A stretch of 62,823 nt of DNA, the filler included, from Octopus bimaculoides (taxonomy: Eukaryota): assembly GCF_001194135.2 (NCBI RefSeq). It is 4 parts of 4 records of this genome, joined end to end, with 100 filler letters (N's around TTAATTAATTAA, not from the genome) between each part and the next. Parts side by side here need not be neighbours in the genome. Positions count along the whole stretch, not along the records: positions 29,700 to 55,466 come from NC_068983.1; 3 more parts are not named here. One strand, 5' to 3'. The notes under the pieces were generated by a model that did not search any database, was not told the origin of the DNA, and saw only the letters and a program-made list of their open reading frames with translations. How positions within the stretch are numbered: position 1 is the first letter of the stretch; each line of letters starts with the position of its first letter. Positions 38,768 to 50,451 of the stretch are shown here, piece by piece. A program made the position numbers and the translations under genes.

Positions 38768-41019
38768 TGCGTGCATGTGTGTGTGTGTGTGTTTCTATAT
38801 GTGTGTATAACATCGCATGAAGATAGGCTAGAGAGAACGTTGTTCAATATCTGCTGCAGAAGACGTTACATTTCATCCATACGTGAGACAGGTAAATTGT
38901 GTCCGGTTACTGTTGAGCTCCAGGTCAAACATAATGAAGCAGACCTTTGATCAATAATATTCCAGCTATGACTATCCCACTTTATTTCGTACATGGTGTA
39001 TCTAGGACTACGTCATCCAATGCATCTATTTTTTACGGCGATGGAAAGTGACTTAAAGAACCGTGCGTGGTGTTTCTGGTAGGACAAAGTGACCAAACAG
39101 TCTAGTGGTTCTTTTACTGATAGCTTCTAAACCCTCCTTCAGCCATTCGAATTAGTGGAAAATTTCTCCCGTTCCCCGCTCTTTATTAATGAGTATTCAT
39201 GATTTTGCATCCGTCCTTATATTTGTTCTTTTTTCACGATGTTATTTGAAATCTTTGAAAGTTTAAAACCGTCTTTTATGAAACATCCATTTTTTAATTG
39301 AACAATCCTGAAAGGCAATTCACACTCCTGTTGGCCTGTCTCACTTTTAGAGCCATTGAGACAGTATGTTCTTCAGTGGATTGTTTTTAGGTGTATGTCG
39401 TTGTTTTAACCCATTAGTCACTGAACACATTTATTATGAAAACTTTCAACTATTTTAAGGGAAATATGGCTGCTGTTTTTAGTAGGTTGAAGGTCACTTT
39501 GAATGTCTCTCGTTTTCTCAGGATTATGAATTAGTATTGATAATACACACCATTCATAACAGTCGCTTTTCTACTCAAAATCAAATATACTTTTCTATTA
39601 CTATATCGTAATTTTCATTGGTTTGGGGTTAATTGAATCTGACATTTAGTTTCTACGATATGCCACATTTTCCATTTTGTTTACTATATGTATGCTATGG
39701 AAAATAAGAGAATGAACACCATAATTTTCTTCTTCTTTTTTCCTGTAGATCAGATATCTGATTCTTTTGTATGAAATCATTATTAATTTTAGTTTGGCGA
39801 TTCGTTGTACTGGAGCTTCAAAACTATCGCTTACCTAATTGTTTCTTTTTTAGTCCTTTATTTTGGAATAACGTGTCACCAATGGCGTCTTAAAGGAGCG
39901 AAACACGCCTGTTTCTTTTGCCAGTAGGCTTTTTTAAAAACCGGATCTATTCTAATTTTAATTAGAACCTTGTCTCAGTTCAACAATGTGTCCAGTTTAA
40001 CAATGCTTAATCTTTAAACATATACACATCCTTCATATTTTCTGCTCCTCTGTAAGATGGATTATCCATTTGATAAACAATAATCCTTTTATAGAGAAGA
40101 GATATCAAGCTTTTGTTCGCTGACAGTAAATAATTAGACTTGCTAATGTTATAGCTTGGTGAAATAAATAGGCATAACCACTGTGGTGTTGGTATTGTGT
40201 CATTAATATAGCTGTTGACAGTTATAATGTTTCATGTATTGTAGTAACCATGTATTTCAACCGGAAAATGGAGATTCTGAGCCTTCCAGTTCATTCATTG
40301 ATCAACTTTAGTAACACTGGCTCATGTTTGTGATGACACTAGACAATTCTTAACTTTGATTCGTCAATTTTTTTCTTTTTTCATATATGCCATGCTCTGT
40401 TTTAGCACAATCCAAACATGGTTGGTTTCTTTTAGTGTAATAGTGAATTCAACAGTGATATTATTTTTTTCAAAATGTCACGGCAAAAGTTTTTGCATTG
40501 ATTTCTGTTTGAAGAATTCTTATTCTTTTCTTTTACTTATTTTATCAGAATTGTTTTTCACAGTAAAATTTTTATTTCAGTATGTTTCATTTGTTTTTCT
40601 CATGATAACTCAAAGAGGTATTTGCTGACTAAATTATTTAACTTTTTCAATGTTCATCATATACCAGACCCCCAATTCATATCACTAAGTGTGAAGAGTT
40701 TTTTCTCTTAATTCTTAGTAGTGCTTGTTCTATCTTTTCCTTTTTATTGTTTCTTTCTTCTGATTTATGACGAGTTTGCTCGAGGGACTACTTAAAGTTT
40801 ACTTCTGTTATCCTGGATACGACTAATACTACCGAATATATTATTTTGTTCAGCATGTTAGCATATTAGCTTGTTTAGACGGATAACACTGTGATTTGTT
40901 TTGTGTTTTTTGGGGGTTTATTTTAAAGCATTCGCTCGTTAAAAGGTCCTTAGACCACTGAAAACATAAGAGTTACTTGTATAAAATAGACGCTAGACAG
41001 AAGCCAATAGGGGACGATG

Positions 41020-41300
41020 TACATTAGACTTAAACAAGACTGTGGAAGGAATTCCAGAGTTCAGAGGTGCGTGGGAAGAAACTGGTACTGTAAAGTGCTT
41101 TACGACACTTAGGACGTTGCACAGTATACTGATGAGAACTGGATGCAAGACTAGTTGAAACGCTAAGTTCTTAAAGGAGGAACCAGAGAAGAGAGCTCAG
41201 CTGAAAAATGTCCATGAAAATACTTATAGAAAAGAGACAAGGGAGCCACACGACGATGATGAGAGAGTGAATCCAATTTAGAAGATAGACCAGAACCAAT
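41020..41300 (-). mobile_element. LINE (L2/Crack/CR1-like) 3' ORF remnant
   Basis: Peptide SLSHHRRVAPLSLFYKYFHGHFSAELSSLVPP followed by SFFPRTSELWNS. A similar decayed tail lies at about 52020-52270 (+). Confidence 0.65.
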
Positions 41301-41304
41301 GCTG

Positions 41305-41600
41305 AGACCCCCTTCGGTCATGACTGACCATGGGATTACACCTAGAAATTTACCCTCACAGGCACAAGTCCGGGCAAGATTGTTTATAGAAGACCAGCAG
41401 TCGCCCATGCATACCGGTCTCCCCTCTCCACGCCACCAGTGTTATCCAAGAGAAAGGCAAAGGCTGATACAGCTTGATACCTGTGACGTTGCAAATCATT
41501 TCTACAGCTGAGTGAACTGGAGCAACGTGAAATAAAGTGTCTTGCTGAAGAACACAACACGCAGCGCGGTCCGAGATTCGAACTCACAACCTCGCGAGCT
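41305..41600 (-). mobile_element. tRNA-derived SINE, third variant
   Basis: Shares the agcaagacactttatttcacgttgctccagt.cactcagctg module with 33727-34040 but has a different 3' half. Confidence 0.75.
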
Positions 41601-42171
41601 ATATGCCTTCACGATCAGAACCAATAGCATTACAAATACGGCGTTGAATGCAGTCCAACAAAGTTAAACAATCCGCAAGAGCACCTACCCACATGTAACA
41701 ACAGTACCCAATGCAGGGGCGAATGGTGGACTTATAAAGATAAGGAATAGTATTAGGACTCTCCCAAGTTTATTTACTATATCTTAGTATTAAGATATTG
41801 CCATATCTTGTATTATATATCGCCATATCTTGTATTGTATTATCTTGTTTCTGTTGTAGACTCAAGGATAGCGATTTTGAGAGGTGGCGATTAGGTGATG
41901 CCATCACCCCCACCCCCAGTGCTTCACTGCAACATTTTACCCCAAAATTATTCAGTTTAACTTTGCTGTTCATCCTTTCGGGATCGATAAAATAAAATAG
42001 CAAGCAATTCAACGATATCGACTTATTCTCGCCCCACAAAATTCCTAGCTTTTGTATCTTGATAAAAAGCCATTATGTTATTGTCTTATATTGCATCTCT
42101 TGTTGTTGTTATTAGTTATGTACGAATGTATGTAGATGTGTGAGTGTTTTTACTTATGTGTGTGCGTTTTG

Positions 42172-42208
<37 letters not shown>

Positions 42209-42431
42209 CGCGCGCATATGCACACAAAATTACATACGTACATTGGTATATATTTATATACATACATACATTCACACGCATACATAGATGTACACACATA
42301 TATATATACAGACACACATTCATATATACATATACGCACACATACATTCACACGTACATATATACATACATGCATATACACATACATATATACACACAAA
42401 CATACAAGCATGCATACATACATACATACAT

Positions 42432-42462
<31 letters not shown>

Positions 42463-42864
42463 TACACACATAGGCATAAGGCTAGTTCTCAGACAGACTC
42501 AAAGCAGACGTTGAAGAGTGAAGGACTATGTCAGAGAAAACGACTCTGACAGAGAAAACTAACAACACCAATTGATTGTTCAATCAACACATTAAACAAA
42601 CCAGTGGATAGTTAGTAAAGAAGTGACATTGATCTAACGCGCTTGTTTATTTTACTTTTATTGGTATAATGACACTCCATCTTTATCATTTTACATATAG
42701 TAAAAAGAACAGTGTATTTGTAGTCGTTAGAGCGCCAGTTAATATGCCTTTACAGCATTTAGTTACGTAACTCTGAGTTCAAGCTTCCGTCGACTTGCAC
42801 CCATCTACTGTTATGTAAGAAAATACTTCGTGAAATATAAAAAAACAAAAATTCCTCTTTTCTA

Positions 42865-43112
42865 TTGGGTAGGTGCATAAATATTGCAGCTTTTTTTCAG
42901 CAAATTTTATTCAACAAAAACAATAACAATATTTAACAAAAACATCTTTAAATTACGGTATGACCGTCTGCCAAGCAAATGGGAGGCAGTAATTGAAGTA
43001 GATGGTGAATATGCTCCGGAATAATCATTTAAAGATGTTTTTGTTATATGTTGTTGTTTTTGTTGAATAAAATTTGTTGAAAAAAAGCCGCAATAATTAT
43101 GCACCAACCCAA
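42865..43112. mobile_element. Mariner-derived MITE with long TIRs and TA TSD
   Basis: TA-ttgggtaggtgcataaatattgc ... gcaataattatgcaccaacccaa-TA. The core encodes LPSKWEAVIEVDGEY, a mariner transposase C-terminus. Confidence 0.9.
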
Positions 43113-43243
43113 TATATATTTAAGATTCTCTTCTTAGTATTTTTATCTTTCTCAGTTTTTATACATTCTTTTTCTCAACCTTCTTTATTACAATATTTTT
43201 GCTTGTTTTTTATTCTGTTCTTTTATTTCTATATTTATTTCAG

Positions 43244-43555
43244 TTATTTGACTGCAGCCATGCTGAAGCACCGCCTTGAAGGATTTTTGTCGAACAAATC
43301 GATCCCAAGATTTATTTTTAAAGCCTAGTACTTATTCTATCGGAATCTTTTGCCGAACCACTAAAATACGGGAACGTAAACACACCAACACCGGTTGTCA
43401 AACGGTGATGATGGGACAAATACACACACACATATACGACGGGCTTCTTTCAGTTTCCGTCTGCCAAATCCACTCAGAAGAAACTTACCCAAAGTACCGT
43501 GGAGTGAGACAGAACCCAGAATCATGTGGCTGGGAAGCAAACTTCTTACCACACA
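43244..43555 (-). mobile_element. Major tRNA-derived SINE copy
   Basis: Reverse complement of the family seen at 49805-50120. Confidence 0.8.
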
Positions 43556-43759
43556 ATTTGTTTAGTATCTTATTTTATTTGATTTTTCACTTTCGTTCTT
43601 CATCACGACAATTTCTCCTTTTCTTTTTTCCTTATTCTGAACTATATTTGATGAATATCAATGTAAATTCTGGGTTTCTCTCAAAAGTGGTCGTTGTGGT
43701 CGTTTTCGGGTATTGCCCGTTTGTGACGATTAAAAAGCCACGAGTTCTGTAATTTTTTT

Positions 43760-44400
43760 AAATATTTTCTTTCTCTCCTTCTGTTTATAATCCTTTCGGC
43801 CACTATTCTCTTCCATTTTCCCCACCTTCTTCCTTTTCTACTTCTTTCCACATTTTTGCCCGCTCTGTTTCTCTTCTTCATTTTTACAATCCTTTTCTCT
43901 TTCATTTTCTTCATTTTCTACATCTTTCCCTTCTTTATTATACCCTTTTCTTTCACTTTTTCCATATTTTTCCTTTCTTCTTTCTCTTCAGCTTTTTCTC
44001 CTCTTTTTCGTAATTCATTCTTTTCTTTATTCTTTTTCTCTCTTCTTTCACACATAATTGTTTTCTTCTTTTTACAATCTCTTACTTCATTCAGTCATTT
44101 TTCTTCTTTTTTCATACGCTTTCCATTCTTCATTCTTTTCTTTCACATCCTTTCTTTCATCCATTTTCCGTTTCTCCTTCATCCCTTTCCAACTCCAATA
44201 TACTTTCCTCACTTTTCATATCCTCTAACTTTTTGTCCGTTCATATTGACCCTTATAATATACTTTTTGCTATTCTTATTCTTTTTCTTCCTTTCTGCAG
44301 TCTTCATTACTAGCTCCTTTCTCACCATCATAACTGCTTTTACGTCCTCTTCTATTTCATATACCTCTACGTCGTCTTTGTCAACTCTAGAAATTTCTAT
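43760..44400 (+). repeat. About 600-bp pyrimidine-rich low-complexity tract
   Basis: C/T-dominated. The supplied 189-aa F/S/L ORF follows from the composition. Confidence 0.85.
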
Positions 44401-44602
44401 CTCCTGTCTATTTAATTATAGGTGAAATCATTCTGAAGAGGTCAGTCAGACAAATTTTTAAAACTGAAATATAGTGAGACAATATCCTGTTTTCTTTGTT
44501 CTCTTTTTATGTTATTTTTTTCGACTCTCTTGATCTGTGTCTATGAAAGTGAGTGCACTTATATGAGTGTGTGTCTATATATACATATACACATATATGC
44601 AT

Positions 44603-44633
<31 letters not shown>

Positions 44634-44708
44634 TATATGTATATATATATATACATATACATATATAAACATATGTATATATGATATATACATGTATACA
44701 TACACACA

Positions 44709-44825
<117 letters not shown>

Positions 44826-44966
44826 GCATATATATGTATGTATGTTTAAACGTACATGTTTATAATTGTGTACATATGTATGTACATATGTGGGTATATA
44901 ATTTACAGACACACACATGTGTACAAAGTACACAGACATTCATATAAAATGACTGTCTGTTCGTGT

Positions 44967-45042
<76 letters not shown>

Positions 45043-45663
45043 GTATGTATATTGTTGAAAGAAAATCTTTGAAAACGTCTGATGTTTGAATGCTGTAATT
45101 CATACGACTATTGAATGCCATAAATATACTTTTGAAGAAATAATAATGTTTATGGGGAAAGACAGTAAGAAGTATGTTGGTGTTGCTAGAATAAATTAAG
45201 AGAAGCCTAGAAGAAAGTTAAAATAGAAAGTGGATGATGTGAGTATGAGAAAAACGGAAAAGGGAAAGAATGAATGATAGCTCCGATGTTAACAAAAGCA
45301 GCAAAACACTTGTAGATCTTTACTTAAATGTAATAAATTTGGTAGTAGACTGTTGTACTCAGTGAACAATTAACTGCTTGACTGTGTCGTTGAAACGCTC
45401 GCTGCTCAACAACTTGTTTTTGGGTTCAACCTGCTAGTAGTTTTTCTTGTAGTCCCCGGCTGACCAATGCATTGTGAGGAAATATGGAAACCACAAACTA
45501 CGCGGGAGTCTTGGTGTGCGTACACATATGTATGTATAGATAGATGTACATAGGCGCAGCGTGGCTGTGTGATAAAAAGCTTGCTTCACATATACACACA
45601 CGCATGCATACACAACAGGCGTACGTGCATACTCACACAAACTCACACACTAAATGTTGCGTT

Positions 45664-45905
45664 CCCAGAGAGGAAGATGTTACTGTTGTTTTTAGCCCCA
45701 GGAAGACATCTCCTCTAGCTGGTTAACGACACACTGTCTGTGTCCGATTAGTATTTGCGAGATGAGGTCATCGCTCCCATCTCTAGCCTTACTTGATATA
45801 CACAGACCCTCGCAGATATTAATCGAACACAGACGGTGTGTCGTTAACCAGCTAGAGGAGATGTCTTCCTGGGGCTAAAAACAACAGTAACATCGTCCCT
45901 GTGGG
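45664..45905. mobile_element. Fold-back MITE, core arms about 87 bp
   Basis: gatgttactgttgtttttagccccaggaagacatctcctctagctggttaacgacacac (from 45676) is exactly inverted, ending at 45894. Confidence 0.9.
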
Positions 45906-45935
45906 ACCGCCACATTTAGTTAGCATATATATATA

Positions 45936-45969
<34 letters not shown>

Positions 45970-46519
45970 NNNNNNNNNNNNNNNNNNNNNNNNNNNNNNN
46001 NNNNNNNNNNNNNNNNNNNNNNNNNNNNNNNNNNNNNNNNNNNNNNNNNNNNNNNNNNNNNNNNNNNNNNNNNNNNNNNNNNNNNNNNNNNNNNNNNNNN
46101 NNNNNNNNNNNNNNNNNNNATATATATATATATATATATATATACACTCACACATACACACACGCGTGCGAACATGCGCACGCACACACACACACACACA
46201 CGCACACATATTGCAAATTGCAGTTGATCCAATTTAATCTGTATGATCTATATACCCCAAAATTTCAATCAATTGATTTCATTGCAGTTATTTCTCTTGG
46301 CTATTAATTTCTTGATTTTAAACAGCTCTAAAGAATACTTCTGCGGACAAATTACATAGAAAACTCAGTGAATCGGTGTTTTACAATTTACCATATTAAG
46401 TATATATGAGAACCTATTATTATTCTATTTTCCCGTTGAATGCTCATCTAGGGTATATGCTTGACACCATATTTTTGAAAAAGATGACTGTGAGGGATGA
46501 ATTATGTATGAACGGAAGC

Positions 46520-46905
46520 CTACTTTTACGTTTCACTTTGTAAAGTGAGAGAACAGGAGAAGGTCATAAAATATGAACGATTCAAGTTCAGTAGGTCGTG
46601 CTTCAAGAACCCTGTGAACAATTCTTGCAATTCCAAGCAATGCTGATTTTTGTGGGTGTTCTACCTTCACACTTGGACCAATTTTTTTCAGCCATGTTGG
46701 TAGTTGAGTGCTGATACTTCCAAGTGACCAATTATTATTGGTATCACATCTTCTCTCTTCATTGACCGCAACGTTCGTATTTACCACTTTAAATTGTCGT
46801 AGTTGTCACCGGGGCATGCTATGTTGATAATCATACATATTCTTTCTTTTTAATTCCCTACAACAATGTCCGGTTTCCTATGTCTGGCCATGTGATCGCA
46901 CTGGG
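46520..46905 (-). mobile_element. Older 5'-truncated R4/Dong-like retrotransposon fragment (REL domain)
   Basis: Peptides RHRKPDIVV..CMIINIACPGD and LPTWLKKIGPSVKVEHPQKSALLGIARIVHRVL. Confidence 0.75.
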
Positions 46906-46928
46906 TAATAATTATTATCATTATTATC

Positions 46929-48005
46929 CCTTCGTAACACAGTGTAGGTAAAAATGCACCGGAGTCTTTAGTCATCTGTCAAATCACAAGAACCTCAGAC
47001 AGATAATACTTTCCTTAAGATGTGCGCTGTGCCCAAATAGGCTGCTTTTTGCAAGACAAGTCTTGCATGAGATTTTCAGTTGCCTTAAGCAGTCTTGAAG
47101 TTTCAATGCAATTGAGCCCAACGCTCCGATCACTACTAGTATCACTTTTACATTACCCTCTCGCGTTCCATACAGTTTTGCCATTTCCACTTTCATTTCG
47201 GAGTACTTGGTTATTTTTCAACCTCCGTACTCACAACATTCATGACATTTGGTATGGCTACATTAATTATCTAACAGTATTTGCCTCTCTTATTCAATAT
47301 GACAATATTCGGCCGATGGTGTTCGATTATACGATCCGTCTGAAAATCATAGTCCATTCTCCTGCATAACTTTACTTGGTACACTGTTACTTCATATTGG
47401 TATTTACGGCATAAACCAATGAAGATATACACACTATCGTGCGGGGCTTGTAATCTTTTTGAGCAAGGCTCTCACATTCAATTACCAAGTGGATCATATT
47501 TTCCACACTTTCCACAGAGTCTGCATTTCTTGGTGTCAGAAGTTTTATAGATGTTATACTTCACTTAATTGGTAGCGAGAGCCTGGTCTTGTGCAGCAAT
47601 GATCAAGCTTTCGGTGGTACGCTTCAAATCACCTCGCTAAAGTCATGCCCACGATGTTCTATTATCCTGTGTATTCCTTTCAAACTGTCCATGCATTCTC
47701 ATTTCAAGGTCTTCTTTTCTCTTCTTCTCAGCTCTTTGGTTAAACTCTCCCTTGCCCATCATTTCATGTGCATTTACACCCATATCTTTCACGGCTTATT
47801 GCATCAGATCTTCCTCACTATTTACCAAATACTTGCCAAGCATTCTCTTTTCACTCCTTATACAATGGTCTATACTAATTAGTCCTCTGCCACCATTCTT
47901 TCTTTTCATATACAGTCTGTCTATGTTTGCTTTAGGGTGTAGCGCCCCATGCAGTGTCGTCAACTTTCTCTTCCTTCTATACAGCGTTGATATTTCCTCC
48001 TTACT
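46929..48005 (-). mobile_element. 5'-truncated R4/Dong-like non-LTR retrotransposon flanked by (TAA)n
   Basis: Reverse complement homologous to 58667-59761. LHGALHPKANIDRLYMKRKNGGRGL, CCHC knuckle and REL C-terminus. (ATT)n runs on both sides. Confidence 0.9.
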
Positions 48006-48036
48006 CCATATTATTATTATTTATTATTATTATAAA

Positions 48037-48255
48037 GGCGGCGAGCTGGCAGAATCTTTAGTATGCCGGACAAAATACTTAACGATATTTCGTCCGTTAT
48101 TACATTCTGAGTTCAAAGTCGATTGTGCCTTTCATCCCTTTGTAGTCGATGAAATAATTACCAGTTGAGCACTGAGGTCGATCAAATAAGTTTCTGTGCA
48201 GCACTAGGGTCGATGTAATCGACTAATCCCCTCCCACCAAACTTACGGTCTTGTG
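48037..48255 (+). mobile_element. tRNA-derived SINE with a gcctttcatcc..gtcgat central module
   Basis: Head ggcggcgagctggcagaatc. Related fragments at about 41930-42050, 50700-50815, 52440-52580 and 21020-21120. Confidence 0.7.
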
Positions 48256-48938
48256 ACTTGTCATTGTTGCTGTTATTATCAATAGTTTTTAGTAAGTCAG
48301 ACTTGTTTGCTTCTGCTCTCTCTCTGTACCTTTTTGGATATCTACTCGTTTCCAAAAATTGAATAATTTTATCACGTCGCGTTAGCCTGTATACAAGAAC
48401 AGTGAGGTTTATTTAATTAGTTCTCACTCCACTTTGTAAAAAAAAAGAACAAGATAAAATAATTGAACAATTTGGATTTTCTTTCTTTTGTTCTACTTAA
48501 CGTCGTTGGATATCAACACGCCTTCAGATGACATTTTTATATATCGTACTGCGTGGCCCTCTTTCTACAAGACAAGTAAAATTCATTTCAATGATGTTCG
48601 CCTAATTTTGTATGTAAAAATGAAAATTTGTTTAATATTTTGAACTTGCTTTTGGTTTGATTTGATTCATGTTGTTAACAAGTCAACGAGGAAACGCCCT
48701 TCAAAAATAGGAAACAAATATTCCTGCGAACGTCAGACCGAAAATCGAACGGGCCTGTTTTGCAGTGAAGTATTAATGATATACAAGCAACATTTTTGAA
48801 TTTTGTGTAAAATGAGATGCAGCGAATAAAGCGGTTTAAGGAACACGCTCGGCAGCGACGACAGTGCTGTCACACATACAGACATGTAAGCATAGTACAT
48901 ATACATACATACATACATACATACATACATGCACAAGA

Positions 48939-48975
<37 letters not shown>

Positions 48976-49368
48976 CTCTCTCTCTCCCCTCTCTCGCCTT
49001 GCCCCACTCTTTCTCTCTCTCTATCTATCCATCTTTCTTCCTTTCTTTAATGTTTGTCGAGAAAGACATGCACAAATAAAATTTGCCGAGTTTCTCCAAC
49101 TCTGAACCTTGGAATATGAAAAATAACGACAGTCCAGAAGGAAGCTGCAATGACATTATCTTCATAAAAACTCTTTCGCATCGCCTTGCTCGAAGAATTT
49201 AATAAGTTATCTACTTGTGCCTCGAGAAGTAAGGAAGTAAATAGACACCTTTAATTTTCAAAATTTCTGATCTAAACGTCTTAATGTTTTCAGTGGTGTA
49301 GAATTTACAATGTAATTATTCTTTTTCATTCCAGGTGCCATTATATTAAAAATTTGCGAAGAGTAACC

Positions 49369-49748
49369 ATGACACGTACAAAAAATTCAGCAGAACTGTC
49401 AGATTTTCAAAGAGATCGTATGTTGGGCAATCTGAGGCTGGTCTTAGCCAGCGAAAGATTGCCGAAAATCTTCAAATTCCTCTTGCTATTGTTAATAGAA
49501 TTATAGTGCAATTCAAATGCCAAGGAAAAGAATCAACAGATTCTCGTCCCGGCCAACCTGGGCCCTCAGAAAGGAAGCTTCGCTGTTTGAAAAGAATTGT
49601 GGAAAACAAACCCTGTTCAAAGGCTTCTGATATTGCAAAACAGCTAGAAGTTAGTCCAAGAACGTGTGTTGCATATCTGCATAAGCTTGGGTATTATGGA
49701 CGAGCAGCTAGAAGAAAACCTCTCTTTCAACCAATTAATATCAAATAA
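49369..49748 (+). pseudogene. Tc1 transposase N-terminal (paired-like HTH) fragment with a frameshift
   Basis: [17 protein letters not shown] / [37 protein letters not shown]. Ends in a stop at 49748, shortly before a SINE. Confidence 0.85.
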
Positions 49749-49804
49749 AAGATTTTGAAAATTAAAGGTGTCTATTTCCTTCCTGCATGTATGTGTATGT
49801 ATAC

Positions 49805-50120
49805 AGGCGCAGGGCGTGGCTGTGGGGTAAGAAGCTTGCTTCCCAACCGCATGGTTCCGGGTTCAGTCCCACTGCGTGGTACCTTGGGCAATTGTCTTCT
49901 ACTTTGGCCTCGGGTTGACCAAAGCCTTGTAAGTAGATTTGATAGACGGAAGCTGAAAGAAGCATGTCGTATATATATGTATATATATCTGTGTCTGTGT
50001 GTCTGTGTGTCTGTGTTTGTCCCTCCATTACCACTTGACAACCGGTGTTGATGTGTTTACGTCCCCGTAACTTAGCGGTTCGGCAAAATACACCGATAGA
50101 ATAAGTACCAGGCATAAAAA
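49805..50120 (+). mobile_element. Major tRNA-derived SINE copy (CpG-intact)
   Basis: ggcgcagggcgtggctgtggggtaagaagcttgcttcccaaccgcatggttccgggttcagtcccactgcgtgg. Further minus-strand copies at about 53535-53760, 54895-55030, 57555-58195 and 62320-62715. Confidence 0.85.
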
Positions 50121-50124
50121 ATAA

Positions 50125-50172
<48 letters not shown>

Positions 50173-50411
50173 NNNNNNNNNNNNNNNNNNNNNNNNNNNN
50201 NNNNNNNNNNNNNNNNNNNNNNNNNNNNNNNNNNNNNNNNNNNNNNNNNNNNNNNNNNNNNNNNNNNNNNNNNNNNNNNNNNNNNNNNNNNNNNNNNNNN
50301 NNNNNNNNNNNNNNNNNNNNNNNNNNNNNNNNNNNNNNNNNNNNNNNNNNNNNNNNNNNNNNNNNNNNNNNNNNNNNNNNNNNNNNNNNNNNNNNNNNNN
50401 NNNNNNNNNNN

Positions 50412-50451
<40 letters not shown>

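Noticed and set aside
42136-42549. [16 protein letters not shown]-type ORFs throughout the window
   Set aside because: These are translations of dinucleotide and tetranucleotide microsatellites.
43856-44425. 189-aa hydrophobic F/S/L ORF resembling a membrane protein
   Set aside because: It arises from a pyrimidine-rich low-complexity tract. It starts at a non-ATG codon, has no splice context and has no domain.
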